Assembly: GCF_022045235.1 (NCBI RefSeq)
Contig: NW_027266274.1
Span: 11,842,001-11,906,000, forward strand
DNA length: 64,000 nucleotides
Origin: Haliotis cracherodii
Lineage: Eukaryota
Direction of reading: 5' to 3'
The position numbers and the translations under genes were made by a program. Shown here piece after piece: positions 52,160 through 62,304 of the stretch. Position 1 is the stretch's first letter; the number at the start of each line of letters is the position of its first letter. The notes beneath the pieces are model-generated. The model was not told the DNA's origin, ran no database searches, and saw only the letters and a program-made list of their open reading frames with translations.

Positions 52160-53666
52160 TTATTGAGTTTTAGGGCATACCCTATTTAGGAACTGTTTCT
52201 TTGTTCCTTTGTATTTCATTATTTTGGAAGCCAGTTTGAGGATGCAGGTGGCTTTGGCTTTGACACTCATTTTTCTTCTTGTAATTTGGATCAATGCCGT
52301 TGCAATGAACTCTACAACTTTGTTTGTGTTCTGAGCCTTTTGTTTACCATGAGCTGGTGTTTTCTTTGCCTGACTGATTCGTTTGCTGTGTTCCTCAGTT
52401 TGAGGATTAGAAGGCATGGGGTTTGATTGGGGAGCTTGGGTCTTTTTCCCCTTGCGTTTTGCAGTGGCTTTGTGCCTGTGAGCAGGCGGATCAGTGCTCA
52501 CAGATTCGATTGTGTGCTCAGTGCTCACAGATTCGATTGTTTGCTCAGTAGAGTGATCAGTAGTCGCTTGGGTTTTTTCGACCTCATTGGGTTGAATAGA
52601 TTTGGATTCAGATTGCTGAGTAGGTATTTTATTTATACGTTTGCTGATGAGCAAGCGTTTAGGACATTTCGGCGCCAAGGATGAATGACCCTCTTTCCTG
52701 CAGTTTGTACACCATGTGTTGCAGTTTTCTTTGCAAGAAACTCGGGAACAGTTTTTGCACTTGGGTGGCTGGTTACATGATGTTTTTGTATGTCCATAGA
52801 GCATACAGTTTGTGCATTGGGTTGGCCTTTTCCTGTATGGCATGGTTTCTATGTCCTTACCACCTAGATTAAGGTGGCCGGGGACTGACTGTCCAAGTAA
52901 TGTGAGTGTGTTGTTTGTGCCCATTGATTTAATCCTGAATTCCGACAGGATTGTAGGTTGGGTGTCTTTCTTTTGAGCTTGACAGACAATTTGATAAAGC
53001 TCGTCGTCATTAATTTTTTTGTCTAGATGTACCGCACATCTGACATTGCTAAGCCACTTTGGGGTATCCCATTTTAGTTTGATCCCGTTTATGCTTTTGG
53101 GCATATCAATTGACTCTGTGAGGTTGTCCCCGACAACAACATACCCTCTTCCACACTTATTTATTCGATTAATATTTTTGTGCTTCAGCTCTTTGGCAAT
53201 ATCTTGAGCTGTTAGGATCTTATTAAGATCTTGGGAGAAGTCTGCGCTAAAGACTACTTTTTCCCATTTGGTTTGTGGTCTTCTATTTTGTTGTGTCTTT
53301 GATTCTGATGAGACCATTTTTTGTCTTTTCTGTACCATTTTAGCCTTAGGTGGGCTAGATTGAGGCTGTTTGCGTTTAAGCATGCCTTGAGCCCATAGGG
53401 CACTATAATCGATATTTTCTTTGTTTTTAGTTCCTGAGAACGTGAATCTGTCCTGAAAACGGTCAGGGACATTTAGCGCGGCTTGACTATAAGTCAAGTT
53501 GGCTGTTTTTTTTGGCAGTTTTTCTGGTGACAAGAGTGAAGGGATTCCCTTCATTTGGGTTGGGCTGACCCTTTCGAGAACTGGGCTGGTTCTCTTGAGA
53601 GTTGGGCGAACTCTCAACAATTGTAATTTCTGGACATAAGTCCGCCATCTCCATTTCCAAGTTCAT
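52160..53666 (-). CDS. LINE A ORF1 (gag-like, CCHC knuckles) with one frameshift near the N-terminus
   Basis: Knuckles are CTNCMLYGHTKTSC, CKNC..SC..NC and CTNCRKEGH....PKC. The ATG at 53666 gives MNLEMEMADLC...NPFTLVTRKTAKK and joins the long frame across an A8 run at 53506-53513. Confidence 0.85.
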
Positions 53667-53794
53667 ATTTGTCAGTCCCAGGGGCCTGGGTGATTGACAA
53701 CCGTGCAGTTTAAGCTGGTGAGCGAACCGAGCTTGGTAGGCACGGAGGGTTGTGTACAGTACGGGACCTGTTACACAACTGAATGATCTTGTAC

Positions 53795-56700
53795 TTACTT
53801 ACTTACTTTGGAGATTTAACGTGCGCTTTCCGACTGATGCGTATTTCGCACACGGGCCCGGCCAGGCCATTTAATGTGTTTCCGAAAGGGGCGAGGGTGG
53901 TCTGTGCAACCCAAGAGGGGGCTTTAGGGGTTGCTTATATAGAATTTGGGAATTTTGAGATTTGGAATAGATGCCGATGGGGTTGGGGAGGAGAACTAAG
54001 GGAGCTGGGTATGGTGGATGATTGTTTGTTTATGTGATTTTGATTTGGTAGGTTATTATGGTTTTAGATGCGTTTTATTAGTTCCGTTTTTATTAAGAAT
54101 ACGCCTAAGGCCTTGAAGTTTTCTAGTTTATTTTGTGGGTTTAGTATTGCTTCTAGAGTGAGAGCCTTGTTTAGATTGAGGGTGGTTTGTAATGCGGTTC
54201 GATGTGTTAGGTAGTGCGTGTTCTGGGGTTTCTGGTTGTTTGCAGTGTGGGCAGTTACCTGTAGTGTGTTTTTTAATTTTTTTTAGGTGGTTATTTAGGT
54301 TGGTGTGTCCTGTTTGGAGTTTAGTGATTACTCTGTCGATTTTTTTTGATGGATGGAGAATTTTTGGTTTGGTTAGTGGTTTGCTGAGCACTCTTTTGAT
54401 TTGGCTATTTGAGTTTAGATATAGGTTATGCCATTTTTTTGTGATTTTTTGTTTGTTTACACTTTTAATTTCTGATTTTGAGATGGGTAAGTTTAAGCTT
54501 ATTTCTGGGATTTTGAGGGATAGTTTAGCTGCTTTATCGGCGTTTTCATTACCGTATATTCCTACGTGGGCGGGTATCCACAAGAAGGTTATTTGTTTGC
54601 CTGCTTTTGTTAGGTCGTTGGAGCTTTTAAGTATTTGATTTATTAATTTAGGTCGGTTTTTGGTATTTTTGTTTTGGAGGGCTTGTAGTCCACTTAGGGA
54701 GTCAGTAAGTATTAGGATTTTTTGGTTGTTTTGGATTCTTGATTGTGGAGGGCTGAGGCCATGCCCATTAGTTCGGCCGTGAATATTGATTGGTTATTTG
54801 GGAGTCGGAAGGATTGTGTGGTTTTAGTTGGTTGTGTGGTATGGACTCCGAAACCCGTGTGTTTGGAGGTCGGATCTGAGGATCCGTCCGTGTAAATGTG
54901 ACACCAATTTGGCCAATTTTTGTGTATATATGCTAGTGTGGTAGTTTTAGCTATGTTTGGGTCGGTTTGTTTATTTATTTGGCTAGCTAGTGTTGTGTCT
55001 ATTTTGGGTATTTTAAGTTTAGGGGTGAAGATATTTGATTGTTTGCAGTTTTATTTAAGATTTTTAATTTGGTGTTCATTTAGGTAGTTTGTTATTCTTT
55101 GGGATATTGGGGTAAGTAAGGGGTGTTTACGAGCTAGAGCTTGGTTTTTAGGGCTGATGTTTTGGTTTATTAAGTTTTGGATGAGAGGGTTTGATTGGGA
55201 CGCGGCCCAGAAATTTAAGCTTAGCTGTTCCCTGCGTAGACTTAGTGGCATTTCTCCTGTTAAGGCCTGAAGTGAGGTGTAGGAGGTGCCATGTTGGGTG
55301 CGTGTAATGAGTTTGAGAGCCTGATATTGTATTGAGTCAAGTTTTTTAGATAGAGAGTTGTTTAGGGTGTTGTATATGGCGCAGCCGTAGTCTAGTTTTG
55401 ATCTAATTAGGCATATGTAGAGAGAGAGGAGAGTATCTTTGGAGGCTCCCCAGTTAGAGCCAGTTAGGCATCTTAGGGTGTTTAGGTCTTTACTGCATTT
55501 AGTTGTTAGGTTTTGGATGTGAGCATCCCAGGTGAGATGTTCATCGAAAATAAGTCCTAAGAATTTGGTTTGTTTTTGAAATTTGATTGTTTGATTGTTT
55601 AGCTGGAGGATTGGGGAGGCGGGTTTCATGTTTTTATGTTTGAATACTATTCCTGTTGTTTTTTCTGAGTTAAGGGAGAAGCCCCATTTGTCAGCCCATT
55701 GTTGTATTTTATTAAGAGATTTTTGGAGTAGATTTTTGGCCATTTTCATGCTTTTTGTGCGGATCCAGATGGCTCCATCATCCGCGAATTTTGATGTGTT
55801 TACTTTAGGGGATAGACCCTCGAATAGATCGTTTATCATTATATTGAAGAGGGTGGGGCTGAGGATACTGCCCTGTGGAGTGCCATTTTCTAGGGGACAT
55901 TGGTCCGATAGAGTTTGGTCTATACACACGGTTATTTTACGATTGTTTAGGAAGTCCTGGATGTAGTTTATTATCTGACCTTTGAGTCCTATTTTTTTAA
56001 GTTTTTGTATTAGCCCATCGTGCCATACCATGTCGAAAGCTTTAGAGAAGTCTAAGAAGATGCCTGTGGTATATTGTTTATTTAGTTGTCCTGTCTTAAT
56101 ATCTTGTTCTAGTCGGGCGAGGTTATCTAGGGTTGAGCGGCCAGGAGTGAAACCGCTTTGATCTGGGTTTATGGTGTTATTTTGGGTTAAGTAATGTTGT
56201 AATCTATTTTTAGCCATTGATTCCATTACTTTACATAAGTTTGAAGTTAGGGATATTGGTCTATATGAGTTAGCTTGATTAGCTGGTTTATTAGGTTTAG
56301 GGATTGGTATGACTAGGGCCTGTTTCCAGGGAGTAGGAACCTGTCCGTTTAGGTAGATGAGATTGTATAGTTTGAGTAGTGCCTGGAGCAGTTTTAGGGG
56401 GAGTTTTTTAATTATTTGGTAAGAGGTTAGGTCTAATCCTGGGGCTGTGCCCTTTTTCCTGTTTTGGATTACGTAGAGGAGCTCCTCCATTGTGTAGGGT
56501 TGATTTATTTCTAGATTGTTATTGTTTGGTTCTTTTGTGGGTTTGTTTTCTGTTTTAAGTTTATCTTGGAATTTTTGGCTGAAGTTGCTGTTACTGCTAA
56601 CGGCCGAAAAGTGGTTGGCGAGATTATTTGCTTTTTGGGCGGGGTTGGTTGAGTTGTTAATGTTAGTTTTTTTTTTTATGTCGTCTTAAGCCTCTAATGG

Positions 56701-57008
56701 CGTGGATTTTGCGCCAGACCGTTCTGGCATCTGTACGGTTATTTATACCTTCGCAGAATTTTTTCCAGTCTCTACTTTTGGCTATTTGGACTAGTTTTTT
56801 GAACCTGGTGGTTTAGTTCGTGGGCTATGTTTAAATATTTGTAGTCGCGTTTTGCTTTATTGAAGGCTGATTTACGTTTTCGTCTAGTCTGTTCTATTTC
56901 CTCATTCCACCATGGTACCGTCGGTTTGCCTGTCTTAGATGTTTTGAAGGGGATGGAGGTTTTGGCTGCGTTTATTATATAGTCTGTTAGGTTTTTACAA
57001 TAGGTTTT
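53795..57008 (-). mobile_element. LINE B: 5'-truncated I-group LINE with RT, RNase H, CCHC, (TAAG)n tail and 11-bp TSD
   Basis: The TSD TGATCTTGTAC lies at 53784-53794 and 57009-57019. RT motifs are FLDFSKAFDMV, GTPQGSILSP and FADD. RNase H motifs are IYTDGS, SIFTAEL, LTDSLS and WIPAHVGIYGNENAD. The C-terminus is LQTGH...CPHC...ETPEH. Confidence 0.95.
54128..57008 (-). pseudogene. LINE B ORF2, disrupted
   Basis: A 479-aa RT ORF (55051-56490) is followed by an in-frame TAA at 55051, RNase H in the same frame and a frameshift near 54740. Upstream frameshifts lie at 56.6-56.9 kb. The linker GKPTVPWWNEEI is homologous to LINE A GKTPVPWWNREI. Confidence 0.9.
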
Positions 57009-57197
57009 TGATCTTGTACATATAAAAATCTTATATACTTCTAACTTGGGTTTCAGAACAAAGAGACATCCAACTCACAATTCAAACAACTTTTGCGTTA
57101 ATGTCGCATCTTCTCAATACAAGATATAGTAGTAGAGATTAACTGATTCCCGCGTGTTGTTATAGTTTCATCGTTTTTTTACTAGATTACTTAATCT

Positions 57198-57435
57198 GAG
57201 TTCAATGGAAGTTAGTAATCACATTCTCTGAGTTCAATTTTAACAATTTTAGTAGATTATCTCTTTCTTTATTTTTCCATCTCACGAGTTCAATGGAAGT
57301 TAGTAATCACATTCTCTGAGTTCAATTTGTTTTATCTCTTTCTTTATTTTTCCGTCTCACGAGTTCAATGGAAGTTAGTAATCACATTCTCTGAGTTCAA
57401 TTTGTTTGATCTCTTTCTTCACTTTTCCGTCTCAC
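57198..57435. repeat. Minisatellite, 3 copies of 75-88 bp
   Basis: GAGTTCAATGGAAGTTAGTAATCACATTCTCTGAGTTCAATTT occurs at 57198, 57286 and 57361. Confidence 0.9.
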
Positions 57436-57589
57436 AACACCCCAGTGTCCTCAATGTATAAGTGTCCGTTGTATACATAACGAGGGTACACATCACTGAT
57501 CTTTTCATTCGCCTTCCCGGTCCCCAGTCCCTTACCCCTCCATTCGCCTTTCCGGTACTACTGGTAAATAGATTTTCGACTTCCCGGGC

Positions 57590-58170
57590 CGACACCTGAT
57601 CAGGCTACCAACTCTGAACTTACAACAACTACTGAACAAGCTAATATCTCTAACATCTAATAGATGAACAGTTTGCAGTCTCTGCCCTGACAATAGCGCA
57701 ATCAAAGTCACAGTTTTAAGTGTCAAATCTTTCAACGACAGTTCCTTCAAGGCATCAATGTTTTCAGATAACTTAGAACAACACTGGTATCCCACCTCAC
57801 GGAGTTTCTGGGCAGTGAGGGGCGAGTCTGAAAAACTCCCTTCATGAAGCGGTTAATGAGAGGATGAGATCCAATGGTGACGTTATCTGCTGATGTAACA
57901 CAGGACAGAGCGGATCTGGCTGTGGTAAGTGCACTGTAACCAAGGTTGTGTAACTCATAGAGTTCCGTCAGAAAATCTAACACCTCGGTCACAGATGGAC
58001 ACAGCGTATCAATTCCCCTTTGATTACAAAACGCAACCCATCTCTTGATGTATGTGGAGTACTGGTCTCTAGTGGATTTGCGCCAGGATTGGAGGATAAC
58101 ACTGGCAGCTCTGTCCGAAACTCCTCTCCGTGTAAGAGATTGCCTGATAAGGGAAACACTGCAAGTTTCA
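57590..58170 (-). pseudogene. DIRS tyrosine recombinase, N-terminal half
   Basis: It contains SWRKSTRDQYSTYIKRW, FLTEL, YSALTTARSALS, HPLINRFMKGVF..RPSLP and LTLKTVTLIALLSGQR (first catalytic Arg). The C-terminal HxxR and Tyr are absent. Confidence 0.88.
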
Positions 58171-59904
58171 TTCTGTCGAGAGAGTGTCTCGCCTCCTTGT
58201 TGTGTGGAAGGCGTAGGATCTGAGAGACTGGTGGTAGTATGACGGTAGTATGGTGGATGGATGAGGAGTCTGAAGAGTCGGGAGAACCATGGTTGTGTGG
58301 GCCACACTGGGGCCACTAGTAGTCCTCTTGCTTGGTCTTCTTCCACTTTCTTTATCACTGCATTGAGCATGCTGAAAGGCGGGAAAGCGTAGAAGTAAGT
58401 ATTCCATGCAAACGTAAAAGAGTCAATGGCACATGCATCTGGGTCTGGCTTCCAAGAAGCATATTTCTCAAGTCTAGTATTAAGTCTTGAGGCAAACAAA
58501 TCTATGTCAGGTTTTCCAAGTACCCTACATATTTCACTGAACACTTCATCAACGATGTACCACTCAGTATTGTCTTTCATTATTCTAGATTCTCGATCCG
58601 CAATCACATTGTCTTTACCCGGAACATGGCAAGCACTTAACCACAAGTTTCGATGCAGACCCCATAGCCAAGCGTATTTCGCACACGGAAGCCGCAAGTA
58701 ACTCAAGGTAGTTTAAATGTTTAACGGTTTCATCACGTGACCACCGGCCGCCGGTGGACTGTTTCCCGCGGGCCCCACCCCACCCGGTGTCTGACGCGTC
58801 AGAGGTCAGGGTAATTACCGGAGGTGTGACACTTATCGGCTTGCTACTTGTACACACATTATCTACCCACCATTGTAGATCAGCCGTTTGATCTGTGGTG
58901 ACTTCCAATACCTTGTCAAAATTGCCTTTCGCGTTTCGAAGAGCCGTTGTCAAGGCGACGGAAGTTAAGGGGACCTAATCGAACTCCGGGAAAGCACGCT
59001 ACCATGTAACCAATCACCTCGGCTAGTTCCCGGATCGAACACAACTGTTTCTTGAGTAATGCTTCACAGGCTTGTTTCACGAACTGAGCTTTAGATGGAA
59101 CTGGAAAACGGTCATTGATGACGAGTTGATTACAAAACCAAGAAAAGTGATTTCCTGTGTAGGTGACAGTGCCGATTTTTCAGGGTGTAAAACAAAGCCT
59201 AGTTTGGTGAACAAGACAGCAGTTTCCGAAACAAACGTTGAACATTCTTTCTTATCATCACCAACGATGAACGAATCATCAATGTATCCGACATTAGTGT
59301 GTCCCCGTGTTCTCAGAAATGAAAACGGCACTCTGAGTAATTTTGTGAAGTATCTAGGAGCACAACTAAGTCCATTTGGCAGAACAGTAAACTGGTAAAG
59401 CTGACCTTGCCAGAAGAATTTAAGGTATTTCTGATGATTTGGATGAACAGGCACAGTGTAGTAGGCATCTTTCAAATCTATCGATGCCATGTAACAGTCC
59501 TTACGCACTAATGAGAGGGCAGTTGTAAGGCTCTCCATCTTGAAATGGACATAGTCTACACTTCCATTTAGTTGCTTCAGATTCAGGATAAGTCTGCATG
59601 TCCCGTTTTTCTTAAGTCTAATGAAGATTGTGGATATGTATTAACCATGTTCACGACGTGATGGAACGATAACTCCCTTAGCTAAAAGTTTAGCAATTTC
59701 TCCACCTATGATGAAATGTTCTTGGGGTGAGAAGCTAATTTCTTTGGGAATATGCAACTGGATGGGCAACGAAGTAAAGTCTATGTAAGAACCAGTTACA
59801 GTCTGCAAGATAAACGGGTCTGAAGATAGTTCTTGCCAGCTCTGAACGTGAAATCGTAGTCTACCCGCAACAAATACATTGTTTGGTATATTGCAAGTGC
59901 TCAC
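58170..59904 (-). pseudogene. DIRS pol: RT, RNase H and N6-adenine methyltransferase-like domain
   Basis: RT motifs are AGRLR...W, SIDLKDAYYTVP, YQFTVLPNGLSCAPRYFTK and GYIDD. RNase H motifs are TSDASDTGWG, HLNYLELLA and HVPGKDNVIADRESR. Methyltransferase-like motifs are IDLFASRLN, WKPDP and YAFPPFS. Confidence 0.9.
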
Positions 59905-59921
59905 CTCTCTTGGGGTACCAG

Positions 59922-61199
59922 TTAGTGCCTCCCCCCTTCGAATTTCCTCTTGTGGAAGGGGCGACTCCTGTCTAAAAAAACCCTTGCTCTCACCGGGTTG
60001 CCATGGTTACGGCTGGTTGCATAAGAGGGAGTCTTGTATGCAGTAAACGGCTTGTGGTAGGGCGCCGGGCGCTGCTGACTGTAGGTGAGTTGTTGAGCCA
60101 ATCTGTTGGTCATACTCATTGACGTGATCGTTTCCGCCAAGTTGTCTCCAAACAGCAGGGTAGACATAGGCGTCTGAGGTGAACACAACTGCTGGAATTG
60201 CTTATTGAGATGTGGTCTGATCATTTCCCGTCGGCGGTAGTTTAGCTCTGTGTTCACGTGAGCGAGCAGACTAATGGCATCAGTGGCCTGTTTCGCCAGT
60301 TGTTTGATGTCTAATTGCTGCACTGACATTTCCTTGTTCTAACTTTTAGCAGGTCGCTGGCCAGGTGTAGCAATGGCACAGCTGCCCTAAGGACAGGAGC
60401 TTGGAGTTTCTGCATCTTTATGTCATTTGACCGTTCTTGTGATTTGAGCTTAGTCCAGATTTCTGGGTTGACTTTGCTCGTTTTCACCAACTCACAGTTG
60501 TGGGGAGACTTGTAAACTGAAAGTTTCTCTTTCAACTTTTCTTCAGGCATTTTCTTGAACATCATATTGTTCATTGCCTCTGCCAACTTTGGTTGTATGG
60601 GGGGGCCTAAGAGATCTCCGTTGGTATAATCCTGAAGCGGGGAGTCTAAGAGATCACTACTCTCATCCATTTGCGTGGAGTCATCCGCTGTTCCCAGAGC
60701 ACCTGCAGCCTCTTCAGCTGCCACCGCGCTAGAGTCGGCATCATCAAAGAGGTCTTCCATGGCGCCGTTCCCGCAATGGTCAGAGAGCTCGTCGCTAGAC
60801 TCATGGCCCATGGCGCTCCCACCCCTCCCCTCTTTCATCATATGGAGGACGGGTCACAGTTGCACTGGCAAGGCTGAGGGGTGGCGTCTGATTCACAAAT
60901 GAAGCTATAGTGTCTCCAAGTTTGGAAATAGATGATGTCATACTGGATATCAGCTGCTGAGTGTTCTTATTCTGTTGCATGACTTGGGCTAGGAGCCAGT
61001 CTTGACTCTCATTAGAGGGTGTAGTCGTAGACTTGCCGTTGGAGGCCTGGTTATCTGCCGAGTTACTAACCTCTTTGGCTTGTTTGGAACTGGATTTGGG
61101 TTGTTCCTTAGATGCCAGGGAGCGCTTTTTAGCGCATTTAGGACGTGGCTTTGGACATCCTTCTCCACCTTTAGATGATGAAGCATTCATGTCATCCAA
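59922..61199 (-). pseudogene. DIRS gag-like ORF1 in three frameshifted pieces
   Basis: It contains SPHNCELVKTSKVNPEIW...SNDIKMQKLQ and LNYRRREMIRPHLN..FQQLCS...LLFGDNL, typical of DIRS1 ORF1. Confidence 0.8.
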
Positions 61200-61409
61200 G
61201 ATTTGGCAACAATGCAGTTTCCCGGGCGCAGCCCGAGCTCTACCATCCGCTCAATTGCCGCGCTATAGTGCCACCGCTGTCTCGTTATACCGTTACCGTG
61301 CCTCACGCTCTGGTCTTTTACGATCCAAAACCCCATTTCGGTCATTAGGGTCAGCTGGCTTTGGGCAAGGGTTAGCCATAAATTCTTACCTTTTTTAAGC
61401 GTTAATCCA

Positions 61410-61530
61410 GTTAATCCGATTGGTCGGTCAACTGCGGGTGTGGTTTCAAGAAAAGATGAATGGGAGAGCGGGCAGTGACGTCACACGCATGCGCAATTCA
61501 TTGTTTACTGAATTACGCATGCATGTCAAT
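61410..61530. promoter_or_regulatory. Pol II promoter-like motif cluster upstream of DIRS gag
   Basis: There is an ATTGG (CCAAT box) at 61419-61423, a CRE palindrome GTGACGTCAC at 61475-61484 and an NRF1-like CGCATGCGCA at 61486-61495. A minus-strand splice donor AG|GTAAG lies at about 61390. Confidence 0.5.
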
Positions 61531-61575
61531 GGGGATTCTAATGACCTGTTAAACGAGCACTGATTACATGTGATA

Positions 61576-61670
61576 GCGCCTGTGGTCCAGTGGTAGAGCG
61601 TCGGCTAATTAACCCATTAATTAGCAGAGCCGGTGAGCCGTCGAAGCGCGTTCGAGCCCTCACAGCGCTA
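61576..61670 (+). ncRNA. tRNA-like Pol III cassette, not a canonical tRNA
   Basis: It has an acceptor-like GCGCCTG/CAGCGC pair, an A-box TGGTCCAGTGG at position 8 (61583-61593) followed by TAGAGCG, and a B-box GTTCGAGCC (61650-61658). The anticodon arm is replaced by CGGCT...AGCCG enclosing the hairpin GCTAATTAA-CCCA-TTAATTAGC. Confidence 0.6.
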
Positions 61671-61786
61671 ATTGGATCTGAAAAAGTGCGCCCGGTAAAG
61701 TGCACTACTGACTATATAACGATATGTAGTAGTGCACTTTACCGGGCGCACTTTTTCAGATCCAATTAGCGCTGTGAGGGCTCGAA
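61651..61786. repeat. Perfect 59-bp inverted repeat with an 18-nt loop
   Basis: 61651-61709 is the exact reverse complement of 61728-61786. The loop is GACTATATAACGATATGT. Confidence 0.97.
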
Positions 61787-62237
61787 GTCACTGAATTGTC
61801 AGAGCATAATCACACTTGTCTTCTTCCTGCAAGGTTCGTTAACGCACTGACGCCTGGCTCGCTCTCGCTATCTTACGTGATCACGATCTACGTCGTGATT
61901 GGTTGAAATATAATTAACTTGTTTTGCTGAAGGGTCTGTGTTCTGGGTTCAAAGTGAGGTCCATTTCTGGCGTTCGCTCCATTGTGAGATAAGGCCCACG
62001 CTCTAATTCACTAGTCTACATGCCCTCTTTTTTGTTTGTTGTTGTTGTTGTTGTTTGTTATTGTTGTTATGATGAACACTGAGGGAATATGTAGACATAC
62101 GAGATTAATTAAGGATCATAAAGATTATTGTGCATCCGGCAAATTTATAGTAAACTATACATGTATCATTGATTACCTCCCTTTGCAACCAATATGTCAA
62201 GATATCAGTACCAATGTACTCATTTTTTTATTCCCAG

Positions 62238-62304
62238 GGTATCCAAGTGGGCTGTGTCCTGCCACATTCAGGAAATTTGAGGTGCAACCCTTGTAGGAAA
62301 TCAG
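62238..62304 (+). other. Candidate 67-nt exon of a host transcript
   Basis: It has an acceptor TTTTTTATTCCCAG|G and a donor CAG|GTATGT. It lies downstream of a CpG-containing segment with ATTGG at 61898-61902. Confidence 0.35.

Larger units (their letters stand above)
50443..53785 (-). mobile_element. LINE A: I-group non-LTR retrotransposon, 5'-intact and 3'-truncated
   Basis: The 5' end CATTCAGTTG is initiator-like. ORF1 has zinc knuckles, followed by a 20-bp spacer and an APE-RT ORF2 that breaks off early in RT at 50443. Confidence 0.92.
57590..61400 (-). mobile_element. DIRS1-type tyrosine-recombinase retrotransposon, frameshifted and 3'-truncated; its terminal repeat may extend to about 61790
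   Basis: The domain order is gag, RT, RNase H, methyltransferase-like, YR. The YR is cut after IALLSGQRLQTVHLLD...FRVGSLI. Confidence 0.93.

Noticed and set aside
53500-53520. A_AAA_AAC slippery heptamer in LINE A ORF1 as a programmed -1 frameshift
   Set aside because: A -1 slip gives CAG CCA ACT TGA, a stop. The long ORF is in the +1 frame, so a homopolymer indel or sequencing error is more likely.
50899-55966. Plus-strand ORFs opposite the LINEs (172, 148 and 123 aa)
   Set aside because: They are antisense shadows of biased coding sequence with no independent features.
57198-57435. CRISPR-like array
   Set aside because: The sequences between the repeats are themselves near-identical and the context is eukaryotic, so this is a minisatellite.
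58250-58560. Captured DNA methyltransferase as a novelty
   Set aside because: A methyltransferase-like domain after RNase H is a known feature of DIRS1 elements, and this copy is disrupted.
61576-61670. Functional canonical tRNA gene
   Set aside because: The acceptor stem has a bulge, the T-stem does not pair in register, and there is no 7-nt anticodon loop.
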